From: Monocercomonoides exilis PA203
Taxonomy: Eukaryota > Protista > Preaxostyla
DNA length: 64,000 nucleotides
Direction of reading: 5' to 3'
NCBI GenBank assembly: GCA_001643675.2
Contig: LSRY02000040.1
Location: 310,001-374,000 of the forward strand
Part shown: piece after piece, positions 37,698 through 51,209 of the stretch
Position numbering within the stretch: position 1 is the first letter of the stretch
Layout of the letters: each line of letters begins with the position of its first letter
The notes under the pieces: model-generated
Database searches by the model: none
Told to the model about the DNA's origin: nothing
The model's input: only the letters and a program-made list of their open reading frames with translations
Made by a program: the position numbers and the translations under genes

Positions 37698-39481
37698 TTG
37701 ACGATGGAGATGACGAACAATTATTTATTCCTCTTGGAGGAGGAATTGAAGGAAGGAGTGGTGAAACCCATTCAGGAGTCGGAGGTGAAGTGGTTCAATC
37801 CGACATTCATGGTGATAAAGAAGAACGGAAAGTGGAGAAAGATCCTGGATTGCAGGGCGCTAAACGAGGAAGTGCAGGAGAAGCATTTCAAGATGGATTC
37901 CTTGGAGACAGTAGTGGAACTCCTGGAGGAAAACTTTTGGATGACCACTCTTGACATATCGAGAGCGTATAAGCATGTCAAAGTGGACGAGCACTTTAGT
38001 CCCTATCTGTGCTTCAGCTTTCAGAATCAATGCTATGCTAACGTGGGGATGCCCTTTGGGGCAAAGGATGTGCCCAGAGTATTCACGAAGATAATGAGAC
38101 GGGCGGAGTCAAATATCAGAGAAGAGTGGAAAGTGAAGCTAGTGATTCACCTGGACGACATTCTCCTCATGCACCCAGACAGGGAAGTTTTGAGATTGAT
38201 CTCACAGGAGATAGCCCAGTTCCTGAGGAATCTGGGCTGGATTCTGTCGGAGGAAAAACTGAAGTTGGAATTGACAAGGAACGTGGAGTTTCTGGGATGG
38301 CTGTGGAACTCTGAGAAGATGGAAGTGACGCTCCAAGAAAGGAAGAGAGTGCTGCTCCTGGAGGATATGCGAACCTGGATAACACATGCAAAGCAAAGAA
38401 AGAGACAAATGACTAGGGACTTAGCAGCACTCCTCGGGAGGTTGAATTTTGTGAGGTTACAACACACACCAGCGAGTTTGAAGATGATGCGTATGCAATA
38501 CATACTGAGGTTAGCATTAGCTCTCAGGGGCTGGAAGGGAACGGTAATAGCCAACCCAATGATTCTGGGAGATTTAACACATAGGAGAAAGACCCTGCAA
38601 GAGAATAGACCAAGGAGTCTGAAGAAAAGGAACAGACCAGCAGTACTGACGACGGACGCTTCGGAGCTGGGATGGGGTGCAGTGCTAACAATACCGAGGG
38701 AGAACAAAGAGGAGAAGATATATGTCCACGGGAGTTGGACTCTCCAGGAGAGTGCTTCAGCGATCAACGAGAATGAGTCCATAGCAGTGTTGAGGACTTA
38801 AGAAAGGAAAGGAGCATGGCTGCAACAAAAAAAGATAGACCATATTCGTCTGAGGACAGACAACATGTCCATGAGATGGACAATACAGAAGAGGAGGGGA
38901 GTTCCATCGCTCATTCCAACACTGAGAGCATTAGAGAAGAAATTGAACAGCCTGGACATGACTATACAGACGGAACATCTCCCGGGAGAGCAGAACACGG
39001 AAGCAGATGCACTCAGCCGGATGTCGAGAAAACCTGACTACGCATTGAGAGGTGGGAGAAAGTTGCAGAGATATTGCAAACAATCGCACCGAGAACACTT
39101 GATTCAATTTCAGAACAGATTGCGCAGGTGCTCTGCGGAAGAGTTTGGAGACTATCTTGCATGAGAAGGAAGAGAGAGAAAGAAATGCAAGAATACGAGA
39201 CAGTACTAGTCCACGCGTTCCTGAGTAACATTGGATGTGTGCTGAAGGCGAAGATGAACGAAGCTCAGAGGGAACTTACGATTCTGATTCTTCCAACCTG
39301 GCGGAGGCAGACCTGGACCCTGCAACTGCAGCCTGGGCATTTGACAAAGATCCTGGGGACCTATCAGGAGTGCATGATACCGGGGGCGAAGATGAGAAGT
39401 GAAGGCTGGAAATTACACACAGGAGAGGTAATAAGCATTATTCTGGAGAGGAAAATATCCAAGGAAGGGACCTCTTCTTAA
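37698..39481 (+). pseudogene. DIRS pol: reverse transcriptase, RNase H and methyltransferase-like domain
   Basis: KWRKILDCRALN, HFKMD, LDISRAY, GMPFG, HLDD (for YLDD), TTDASELGWGA, HLPGEQNTEADALSR, ILILPTWRRQTW. Confidence 0.9.
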
Positions 39482-40853
39482 CATGCGGAGAATACGTTGG
39501 AGCAATTGATATAGCAGCAGCAATACTGAAAAACCAGAAGAGTGAAAGAGACACGTGGAGTGCGTTTCGAAAACAAAACAATTCCTTGATAGGGAGAGCA
39601 TGGATGATACGGACCCCCTCACAACCAAAGATGCATAGTGGATTATGGCAGAGTTCACTGAAACACTTTCGAATACAAACTTCTCAAATGGAGTGATTTA
39701 TCAGACAGTTCAGAAAGAACTGGATTCTATCAATCTATTCAGAGAGACTAAGATGAATGTGAAAGACATAGAAATATTTCTAAAAACTTGTGTGGGAGAT
39801 AAGCAGAGAAGGGGCAAACAGTACAAGACGATGTGGGACTTGAAAATCATTACGAAATGGGCTGAAAGCACCTACAACCCAAAAGATATTCGGACACTCC
39901 AGAGGAGAGTCCTCATCCTCACCATGATTTTTGGAGCGTTAAGGCCAGCAGAGCTGGAAAGAATGAGAAGTGTGACAACGACACTTAAAGATAACTTTGT
40001 CCAGACACAAGTACGAACCAAGACGTCGGTAGGTGAGGTTATCAAAGTTGTAATAAAGTAACACCCCGATCCACGTATCGATGCAGCGGAAGGGCCTCAA
40101 CGTTGGATGGACTATGTGAAGACGACCTTTAAGTGCGAACATGTGTGGTTCGACACAGAAGGGAGTAGACCTGCTAACCTACAGAAAATTAAGGAAGAAC
40201 TGATGGCTATTCTGAGAGAGAACGGAATACCCGAAACTTTCACCGCGTTCTCTCTAAGACACGCAGTGATTACACACTTTGCAATACAACAAGATGCAGA
40301 TTGGAAAGCAATCAATGCTCATGCAAGATGGGCACCGGGTTCGAGAGTGGCCCAGGAATACTATACCGTGTTACCGGTGCAAGACACGAAATGGATCCTG
40401 GAGACAATCGGTGGAGCAGCATCCCAGAGGGGAGAAGATTACAAGCCAGATAAGAGTGGAGATTCGAAGGAAGGGAACCTGAAGATAGCAGATGCAGATA
40501 TGAAGGATCGCATAGAGGAATTACCCAAAGCGAAATTGGAAGAAGGGAAGAAACCCACGAGAAGGCGATCAAAAGGAAGAAAGAAACTGCTGAGTGAAGA
40601 AGGAAAGAAAAGTGAAACGGCTAAGTCACGAAACTCAGCATCCCGACAACCGTGTCTCCAGAAGACACCCTTTATAATCCCCAACAGCATCTGTGAGCTT
40701 ACGGGAGAGAAGGATCCAACTCCGCTGAAGAGGAGGGGAAAAGATCGGAAGAAACGTAGTAGAAGAAGTATTGGACAGATTGGGGATAACAATGAAGAGG
40801 CAAGAGTCAGGCCGATGTCGCCTCAAAGATATCCCAAGAGATGCAGGGTTTGA
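39482..40853 (+). pseudogene. DIRS tyrosine recombinase, interrupted
   Basis: MWDL, GALRPAEL, FSLRHAVITH, ARWAPGS..EYY (catalytic R..HxxR..W..Y pattern, with H replaced by F). Confidence 0.85.
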
Positions 40854-43160
40854 GCAGGAGTGCCGCACCATCACCCGTACGCTCTCAACTCATCCGCCGC
40901 ACTTGATCGTGCAAAAAAGGGGGTTTTATATCACGTGACATTAAACAGAAGGGGTTTCGAGACTCATTTTTGAGGAGCAAACCTGCTCCTTGCGTTTGTT
41001 GATTCGCTTTATTGTGAATTGATAGAACGCAGTGAGACAGGATTTGCTCCAAGATAATACGAATGCGGATGGAGAGACGAAAGGCGGAGTGGTGCGAGGA
41101 GGAGCCAGAAGTGTGGGGGGAGATGACTAGAAAAAAGGGCGAGATAGAGAAGGAGAGACAGAAAGACCAACCGCCCGAAGACATTAATGAACACCAAGAA
41201 CCTGTTTAGAGAAACATAGAAAGAATAAATAGCTTCAAGCATGATCCTACTCCTTTACAAGATTATGACTGTTTTCACAAAGAAGAATTTAATTTCAAAT
41301 ATGTTGTGTGTGATGATTAGGATTGCTATGCAAATACAGCAGAAGAGCGGGAGGCGGAGCGCTGCACAAGCAGTTTTCTTTTCCACGACTCGCATAATCG
41401 AGAGCTGTTTTTCTTTCTGCTCCGACAAGTTTACTCGCCTCACCGGATCCCTGCACTGACTGCAGGAGAAAGCTCCGAGTGGCTATGTCCCCTGCCCTCT
41501 GGTCTTCGTGACCAAGGCTAAAAGGAGAAGTTGGCGGTGAAGTGAAGGGGATAATGTATTATTTTAATTTAAAATCATTTACACTAAAATTTCGATGATT
41601 TTACCTTTCAACTTACTTTTTCTTAATCAAGTTGTGAAATTATCACAAAATAAATATAAACATAAATACTTTCAAATTATTATCAAAATTTAATCTATTC
41701 CAAACAAAATTCATAAACCAATTTAGGAAATTTTCATATAATCTTTAATTATTAATGAATTACATTCTAAAATCATATATAAATAACAACTTATTTTAAA
41801 TTTTTAATAAATTAATTTTTTAAAAATACAAACTGTATTATTCATATTTCTTCAAAAAATTGTAATTAAAATCATTTGAAAATTGATCAAGAAATTTAAA
41901 GTTTTAAATTCTAGATATAAATAAATAAACAATTAAAAAATACTTTTCAAACAGTCAGATTGAATATGTTTTATCTTTCTTGTTTTAATTAATTTTCTGA
42001 AACAAATTTTCAAACAAAAGAATTGTTTTTATTGAAGAAATGAAAATGTTTTTAGTACATTTTTGTTTTTATGATAGAGTTGATGTAAGTTAAAAGTATT
42101 TTGATAATTTTAAAATTTAGAATGAATATTTTAAAATTATTTTTATGTTTGAAGAATTCGAAAAAGAAAATTTTGGTAATTTTTGTTTTTCATCAACACA
42201 TCTATTTTCAAATAATAATAAAAAATATGATTTGATGGTTATATTTTTTTGTTAATTTTTAATTTGGGAAGAACTTTTTTTGCTTTATGAATTTAGTTCC
42301 ATTCTGAATATTTATACCTGTTTCTCATATTTTTTTTTTTCTGAATTTTTTTGGTATGGAATTGGAAGACTTATTATGATAAAATTAGAGAAAAGTTTAG
42401 AACAAATCGTTGTTATTCTCATATAAACAAGAATTTTGTACCATATGGATTCTTTTGTATTTGTAAACTTTCTTTTGTACAATTTTCAAAAATTATATAA
42501 ATTTCATTTTTTCATTAATTTTTGTTCCCGTTTATCAAACCCCACAGAAATGGAAATAACTACATTATCAAAGATTAGTTTACATAATAGTTAAGTTAAG
42601 TGCATGTTAATTGAAAATTTGAAAAAATTTGAAATTTTTATTTCATAAAAAAATTTTACAAAAAGAAGTTTTCATGAAAAATTTGTTATTTGAACACAAG
42701 ATTAATTAAGATTCTATTTTGAAACAAACCCAGTTTAGCATGTGGGGAGTTATAAGGGTGTTCAATCCCTTCCATCGAGCTTTCATGAGAAATTGGACTT
42801 CACAAAGGTTTGTAAATATTTCTTATTCATTCAAAAACTTAAATATTAATTTTTAAAATTTATTAATGAGAATTTTTTAAAAAAAATATATTAATGATCA
42901 TTGCCCATATATTATATATATGAAATTACTAGTGAAAAGTAAAGCTGAAGTGGTGCAGAAGCGGCTGAAGGAAGCAATGTCCACATTTTATTACAGAAAA
43001 TATTGTTCAAGATAGGAAAGGATTGCACACATTGTTAATGACAATGTTGTCAGGATGGTCAACGGGGTTAAATACGGTGGAATCAGCAAAAAATCTTTGG
43101 AGCACGCAGTTAAAGCCATAAAAAATGGCAGGCCGATTGCAAAAGTTTGACATCCACCAA

Positions 43161-45085
43161 TAGTTGGGGTCTTAAACCGGGCCGGGGAGTTTAACCGGGC
43201 CACTTTGATCAAAAATAATTCAAATTATTTCAATGATCAAAATGCGTAAAGAGAAGATATCTTTGCATCGGATTGTTGTGACAAATGATGTTAGGTCGTT
43301 GGAAAACGATCACATCAAAGCTTTGTTTGTTCATGATGTTTTGGGCTATTCTCAGCGTCAAATTGATGAGTGCGGATTGCTTCATCGATCATCTTTGCAA
43401 ACGAGCTCTTCAGTCAAGAAACGCAAAAAGATTGATCGGTAAAAGGGGAAGACCTACGTTATTTTCATTTCACGAAGAGGAAAAATTGGAAGGCATGTTT
43501 TTAAATGATATTAATACAGGAAAATATCCAACAATTTCGGATATGGAGAAAACGGTGTGTGAACATTTTTTTATATTCTGTTATCAAAATAAAAAATAAA
43601 TATATGCTAATGAATTTCTTATAAAGAAGCGAAAAGAAGATGAAGAAGTGGGTGATTATTTTTCTTATCATATTTTTTCTTATGAAATTTTCGAATCGAA
43701 AAATTCCCTTGAACATAAACAAATGAACACTGAAAAATGAAATGACTTTTCAAAGACATCTCCATCTTTATTTCTTCAAAGACATTGATTTCAGAAACAA
43801 TTGAAAATTATTTTTCATTTGAATACAAAATTTCTTTTCAAAGATTAACATCCTTTGAAAAAACAGCACTCCGAAAAAAGAAATGATTTCAAAAATTTTA
43901 TCCCAAGTGAAGACAGTCGACAAACACTGGGCAAAACGTTTTTTAAAATGATATCCTAAAATACAGCTGTCAAAACCATGAGAACTTCCGATTGGCAGAA
44001 TTGCGCATTCATGCAGAAAAGTGATTGTTCCTTTTTTTGATTTGTATGAAAAGTTCGTAAGAGAAGAAAATCCAATACCTCAACTTTTTTTTAATATTGA
44101 TGAAACATCCACATTTTTCTTTCCACATGAAGTTGATCAAGTGGCATCTTCGTCAACAACGCCTTCTCCGTTTGTGCCAGAAACTTCTCTTCCAACGTCC
44201 ACATCAATTGTTTTCATGACCAGTGCAGACGGATGAAGTTATCTGACACCAATCATAATACCATACAAATCTCTTCCATCAGAATATCGGTTGGCAACCA
44301 CTTCGCAAGAACTTTTCTTTCCATCGGAAAATGGACACTTCACAAAGACCTTGTTTGTTGATATTTTTAAGAAAGCCCTTCTCCCTGAAATGATAAAGAA
44401 AAGAATAGCTATAGGAGAACAATTTAGAGGCATAACTCTTGTGATGGATGGTAGTGTCGGTCATTTTGATGAAGAATTTAAAAGATTGTGCAGAGGCAAT
44501 CTTATCGACATGATAAAATTGCCTTCTCACACTTCTCACATCCTTCAACCCAATGACCAATTTGTGTTCGCCAATATGAAGAAAATTTTTACCAAAGCAA
44601 AGGAATGTGGAAAAACGACGTCTTCTTCATCCAAAAGGGAAGCATTCGTTTCAATTTTAAGAAATGGTTTGTCCTCAGCCGGATATCCAGAAACAATTGT
44701 TGCTTCATGGAAGGTCAGTGGTCGGTGTCCGGTTGATCGATCGCTGATTATGAAACAGCTTCAGGAAAATCCACCAGAATGGGCAGAAAGTGAAGTGCAG
44801 CCGGCAAGAGCACCAGAGGGATCCACTTTTAGAGCGATTTATCGAGCATCTGATAGATTATTGACTTTGTTGAAATAACCTGTTTTTTCAATCACCAAAC
44901 TGATTTTCATTCTTTTTCTATGGAAAAAATATTTTTTTGAACAATTTTGTATAACAATCGAGGTTTTTATAATTCCTGGAATCATTAATTGTAGATTAAA
45001 CAACAAAAACGAATAAAAAATTTTTATTACAAGAATAGATCACTGGCCCGGTTAAACTCCCCGGCCCGGTTTAAGATCCCAACTA
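43161..45085 (+). mobile_element. pogo-type element P2 nested in the older pogo gene
   Basis: ~42-bp TIRs TAGTTGGGGTCTTAAACCGGGCCGGGGAGTTTAACCGGGCCA; FNIDETS, VMDGSVGH, HTSHILQPNDQ. Confidence 0.92.
43650..43904. mobile_element. 255-bp GGG...CCC MITE inserted in the P2 transposase, TSD AAGT
   Basis: Removal restores KRKEDEEVKTVDKHW, collinear with P1 KRKDDEDTKKVDKHW; AAGT at 43646-43649 and 43905-43908. Confidence 0.88.
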
Positions 45086-46849
45086 AATTATCAGCGGAGA
45101 AAAAGAAAAGCAATTCTTGGAAGAAGTGACAATAGAATCTCGATCTGGGACAAGCCTCACATTACGAAATGTACGCGATCTGGTTTGTTATTATTAATAA
45201 ATTAGCACAATAAACATATATTTTGATGGAAATTTATATGTACGATGAGGAAGATGTGGAAGAAAAAGACAGTGATTTTGAAGATCACTTTCAATTTCAA
45301 AAATCATCATCCATAATTGAATTTGTTTCCACCGAAGAAAGTTGATCTGAATTTATTAGCTGAATCTCGAAAGAATGATCTGAATTTGTGGAACAACAAA
45401 TAGCATGTACTGTCCGATGAAAACGATTATTCCAAAGAATTAATCTTAAACGTCGATAATTCTTCACTTCGAATTCCAATAAAATCTCGTTGCGTTGTTG
45501 CTTATCCTGTAGATGAGCGAGATGGATTCAAAAAGACTGCCGAAAGGATGCAGAATGCCACTCTCGTTGCTGGAATAGCTGCTGATGGCTTCTCGCTTCC
45601 GTCTGTCGTGCTGTGGCCAAGCGCAACTCTTCCGAAAGAGCTGACAACACTGTTAACACCTTCGCTTGACATTTGGCCAAACACAAACGACTGGATGAAC
45701 AAAACAGCATACAAAAAATTCCCCTTAATGGTACTCCAACCAGCAATTATTGACAGAAAAATATGAATTCCAAAAAAAATTTCATCGTTTCCTCCTTCTC
45801 CTGGATTCACTCATCGCCGGAAGATCCAACGATATGGAGACAGTTCAAAGAAGCGGAAATTGACTTCATCACCTTCGTTCCACATACTGCGCACAAATCG
45901 CAGCCGCTGTACAGAGGTGTATCAACAGTATTGAAGTCGGAGCTTTCAAACAATTACAGCTCTCCATCATCCACCTCCTCATCTTCAAAAAGAACAACTG
46001 TTGCAGATTTGTTTCCATATGCCCTTCACACAGCATTCACCCCTTCAGTCATCAAAAAAGCCTTCATTAACAGCGGAGTCCTCAGCAATGGATCTGGATC
46101 TGTGTTGATGAAGCTTCCTCAGTCTTCTCAATACTTCATTCCTTCATACCCACACTGTTTCGACTTCTTCGGAAAAGAAACAACAAAAGAAAATCTTCTT
46201 GATGAATGGGATGAATACAATGAAAAACACAAGATGAAAATTGAAGAAATTGAAGAAAAAGAAAAGGAAATTGAAAAAGAACAATTGCCTTTGGAGAAAT
46301 AAATGAAAAGAACATTTTGTGAATTAATGAACAATGATGATTAAACAACTGAAAATTTTGACTAATTCAAAAGTGATAATGGAAAAATAAAAAGGTTCAA
46401 ATATACAACATTGGACTTTTCATTTTTAAATTTAACTTTTGATTAACTTTTTGTGAACAAAAAATTTTAATAAAACTGGTTCATTCCTTGAAACATATGT
46501 GAGGTCAAAAGTCGTTTTGTTATTTCATCAATGAAGTTCGTTTCTGGATTTTAAAAACCTTTTTTTTCTAGAAATAATAATTAAATGTTCTTTATAAAAA
46601 CAGAAATCAAGTAAATAAAGTTTATGTTCCTTTCAACATTCTGTGTTTATTATATTAATTTTGTTGTCGATTTGAAGAATTGTTCATCAACAAGGCGAAA
46701 AATGAAAAACAATTTTTCATGAAATATACTGTTACAAAAAAAATAAAAAAATGAAATTTCCTAATCAGGACTGATCAAAATGGAACAAAAGTTGCTATTA
46801 GAAAAACAATAATAAAGAAATAGTGTTTCATTTTGAAGAAAAAAGCAAA

Positions 46850-49800
46850 AAGTATTCAGATTCTTTAGGAAATATAATTTTCTATTTTTTCCTTCTCTTT
46901 TTATTGAGAACCTAAGTTAATTGTGAGATGATGAGACCATCATCAGTACAGCTATTGTGATCGTCCTTTGCTTTTCCTCTGTTTCCTCCCTGATTTGGGC
47001 TCTTGTCTTGATGACAAACTCTTCTCCCTTCGCGAGCTTGTCTCCTTTTCCTTTCAGTGGGCTTTTCAACTCTTGTAGGTCTCATTGGCTGCTCTTCCTC
47101 ACTTCTATGTTCTGAAATTTCTCGTTAACAAATTGAGCTTTTTTCTTGTGGTCTTGTAGTTCTCTCATTTCCGCCTCTCTTCTTTGATTCGGAACTTCTG
47201 CATATGACTGTGCTGTTTTCATCCTCTCTGTTCGCTCTTTCTTCTTGATCGTTTGTTAAAGAGGCAATGACACTGGGAATTGATGATGCTAGGTTTGATC
47301 GAAAATAATGTTTGACAAAAGTGTTTGTTCGTAAGGACAATCGTGCAAACTTTGCCACTTGTTCTGGGGGAATTCCTGCCATCGTCAGTGCTGAATGACT
47401 AGTTGCTTTGATCGAGTATGGTATGAATCTCTTGTGCACGCCTGAGTTATTTATGGCTTCCTTTGCAATCTTCCGTATTCCTTTGACAGCTGAAGCGTGA
47501 AAGTTCTATGTGTTCAAAAGCAACTTGTCTATGTGCCTGTTTTTCTCCTGCACTTTCCTCCACAATTCCTGGATTGCTGATGCAGGACAAATCAAACTCA
47601 GTTCTGGCAAGAACTGATCAGCAATCTCCATTTTTGTGTTTGAGGTCTTCAACTTTGTGTCCAGTTACACACTCTCTCCCTCTCGAATCTGCTTTCCAAC
47701 ATATTGATCCTCTCGACTTCAGTAAATCTTCAAGCAGAAAACAACATCGTTAGAACAATCACTTTCATCGTGAGCTGTTTGAAACTCAATTTTTTATTTG
47801 GGCTTAGTCCACATGAGAAATAAAGCTCTATCCGATTATTCCAAATGTCTCCTGTCTTCTTCAATATTGACTTATTTATCCTTCGGAATGATCTGAAAAG
47901 GGTACGAATGATAGGGATATCTACAAGGAAATAAGAAAACACAATGTTGAAGTAAAGCGATATTGCTGCTTAAGTCAACGGAAGGTTAGCTGACTTCATG
48001 CCACTCTTCCTTAGCGATAGAAACATATTTGCACAACATGCGAACCACATCTGAATAGAATCCGAAATTCTTCCATGTCCACACTCTTTCCATTGTTTTC
48101 CAAAATGAGCAAATCCATACAGATATCCTCTCCATGTGCTCCTCGAAATGCCTGCTCTGCACTCTTCTGCTGACGAGAAAGGGACTGATTTTTGTTCCAA
48201 TGCATTCTTCCACCATTGTTCTCCATCTCGTAAAGTGCATTCAGCTTGATTATCCTCAATCGACCTGGTGGAAGATTCGTACCTGTCCATTGCATCGATG
48301 GACACTTCCACAGAACCTCCTTCTGATTCTTCCTGGTCTATTCCATATGCAGAATGGATTTCAACAAGCTTTCCCAATTCAGTCCCTTCCAATTCAGCAG
48401 GAGTAATATCACTTGAGCTTTCTCCTGTCGTGCTTTCTGGATAGCACACACGCCAATCCCTCTTGTAATTCAGACTAACACGACTTCGTTCTTCAAGGAA
48501 ACATCAGTCCATCTTCTGCGAATTGACTACCAACTCCGCACCATCTTCCAACTTTGCGGTTATGTTGTTCTGAAAACGTGTATAGAGTAGGAGCAATGTT
48601 GAGTTTCGTCAAAATCCTTTCCAATTCTTCTTCCCGAATTTTTTATTCCTATGCTCTCTCCAGTCGTGATAACGCATCTGCTCTTGTGTTAAGTTCACCT
48701 GGAACATGTGAGGATCTCAACTCTCCTCCTTTATCATGTTTGAGTCTCCATAATTTCCTCAGCACTGGTCGAAGCCTCTTCACTGCATTCCATCTGTTTA
48801 TGTTGAACACAACGGATATGTTGTCCGATCTTTGGTGAAGAAAGTTAACGTGATGTTACTGAAGGATTGGTGAGAAGAAACTCAGAGAAAGAAATACTTC
48901 CATATAAACCCTGAAATTTGACGATTGCTTCCTCACTATGTGGGGGAACTGATTGAGAGCATCGAGGAGCCGGTTGTTCAAGAGAAGCGATACTCCCCAA
49001 GCTGTCTCCGATGCATCCATTGCAAGAGTTGAATCCGGTGAAAAAACTGGGATAAGCTTACTTATTGGATGTGCTCTCAACTTCGATTATCATTGCCGAA
49101 TTTACTTCCGGATGGAAGCATTCAACCTCAATTTGCCTTTCCACCCCCCTTTCTTTATTCCATTCTGGAGCAAATGATGCATGGAGTGAAACCATAGATA
49201 AGCGTCCGGATGAACAAACCGAACAGCGTTGAATTTTCCAATAAAAGAAGCGAGATCTTTCACTTTCACGATTCTTGCTTTCTCACAATCCTTTTCCCAT
49301 CTTGCACACAAGCGAGTCAGAGCTTCTCTTCTGTCTTTTGCAAGCCGAACCTTCATCTTTGACGAGTCCCACTAAAAGCCAAGGAAAGAAAACCTTCTTC
49401 TTTGTATCAACTGGCTTTTCTCCTGGTTTTCTAATGGACCTAGTTCCTCCAGAAACATGACAATCTCTTTAACTACCTGTGCAAAGTATTCCTTGTTCTC
49501 GTGTGTCATAAGGAAATCGCTTAAATATGCGATCTCCCGAACATCCCATCGTTTCCTGATTTATGAAGTCACCTTCCTCATCGCGTGATTGAAAATTCTC
49601 GGAGCGTCTACGAAACCAAACCGTATTCTTTTGAATGTGGAGTCTTTTCCAGAAAATCTGAAAGTCAAATATGGTCTCAATTCTTTGGATACGGGAAGAA
49701 GATTAGATGCCTGTTGCAAATCCATGGAAACTGCATTATCTTGTCTTCTCAGCACTCACTCCACAGTCTTTTTGTTGTCGCATCTGAAATGTGTCTTTAT

Positions 49801-51200
49801 CAAGACAACGTTCAATCTCATGCAATTCAGCGTCTGCCTCCATGCTTCCGATTTCTTTCTGATCAAAAATACGTTGTTTCTGTACTTCACCTCTTCTGAC
49901 CCTATCTCCTCCACAATTCCTGTCTCTATCTGCTCCTTCAAAAGATCTGTGAACGCTTTTATTTGTTCTTCATTTGAGTGCACAGGTCCATCTCTGCACT
50001 GCATATCCCTTAGCTTCCTTCTTATGTGTTTGCTTTTCCACGTCCCCTTCACACACTGTCTGATCAACTTGGCACCACCAATTCTTTCCCAAGCTTCCAT
50101 GAAAAACTCCGTTCTTCCTCCAATCCTTGTCCTGCATATGGATCCTTTCTTCGCTCCATCTTCACTCTCTATTGTTGACACCGACTTCGGCTGAAGTATC
50201 TCCAGTTCGTTGAAGCCCATCCTTCTCTTTGCCGCTTTCCTCCTCTTGTTGCCAGTGAGTTGGGTCCTCTCCGAAAAAACTGTCATCCCCAGATCTTTCT
50301 TGGACCAGTGTGATATCTTCTTGGGAGCACATGTGTTGTTGAGTTTCTCTCTCCTTTTGATCATAAGGAAATAGCTGACTTTCTGCTCGTTGCCTTCACG
50401 TGGGTTGAGGAGCTTGTTGTTAATCATGTCTCCTTTGAAATCTGCTCCTGCCGTTCGGTTAATAAAATAGTTGCATTCTCTGATTTCATTAGCTCTGCCA
50501 TCCGAAAACCAAATCTTCCTTGCAGTCTGGCTGCTCTCGCATCCTGCAAAGCCTTCGCTATAAGAAGAAACGCATCAGCGCCCCTTTGTGTGCTTTCCCG
50601 ATGAGGGTCTGAGTCCGCCAAGCTCAGAAGCTGAGCCTTGAATGCCTGATACAAACACAGCTCTATCCTATATCCCGCAGAATCCAACGCATCATTAAAC
50701 CAATTGGCCGATCTTTGGAAGCGGGGAGGCGCTGGCTGCAATACTGGGCTGAGGTCCTGAAGCATATATTCTTGTTCAATACTTTCTATTGAAAAGGCAG
50801 GAAGTTGAAGATCAAAAAAGGATTAATTTGGTTCTTAACCGAAAATTCAATTAAAAACTTCTGCAGCCCTTTCATGCAAGTCTGAGTCTGTCTCTTCTTC
50901 TGTTCTTTTATCTTTTGTTGCTCCAACTGCTGTCTCTGGAAGACTTGATTGTGAAGTTACAGATACAGAAGAAGGAATTGGCGGAAGGAGCGTTTGTACC
51001 CCCCCTAGCTGGCTTTGCACCCCACCTGACAGTGAGACTGCTTCGGTTGCAGGAGAAAGTCAAATGGCTTGTGCGGAAAATGGTGAATGCATCATGAATT
51101 CGATCTTGACAACTACCCACAAATTGTGGTTCTCAATAAAAAGAGAAGGAATTGAAAGAAGATTTTCTTGCAAAAAAAATGTTTATGCACTTTCATTGAT
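46850..51200 (-). mobile_element. DIRS-type retrotransposon D2, decayed
   Basis: RT (WRQTLNCMRLN, MDLQQA, FGFVDAPRIF), RNase H (MDASETAWG), recombinase (PYSIK..HYFR) fragments; exact 24-bp inverted match 46889-46912 / 51128-51151. Confidence 0.85.
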
Positions 51201-51209
51201 AATAAATTC

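Larger units (their letters stand above)
35540..41550 (+). mobile_element. DIRS-type tyrosine-recombinase retrotransposon D1, decayed (boundaries approximate)
   Basis: Order: gag-like ORF, RT, RNase H, methyltransferase-like segment, tyrosine recombinase; purine-rich sense strand; inverted match 35775-35808 / 40980-41013 (25/34). Confidence 0.88.
42920..46302 (+). pseudogene. Older pogo-type transposase gene split by nested insertions
   Basis: N-terminus GISKKSLEHAVKAIKNGRPIAKV*HPP resumes after 45087 as IISGEKEKQFLEEVTIESRSG; DDE part ATLVAGIAADG..FVPHTAHKSQPL at 45548-46302. Linkage of the DDE part is inferred. Confidence 0.7.

Noticed and set aside
41440-41550. HDV-like ribozyme at the DIRS 3' end (hairpin followed by GGCTAA)
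   Set aside because: Could not build P1, P3 or the nested pseudoknot on either strand.
42740-42785. tRNA remnant (GTTCAATCCC B-box-like stem)
   Set aside because: No acceptor, D or anticodon arms.
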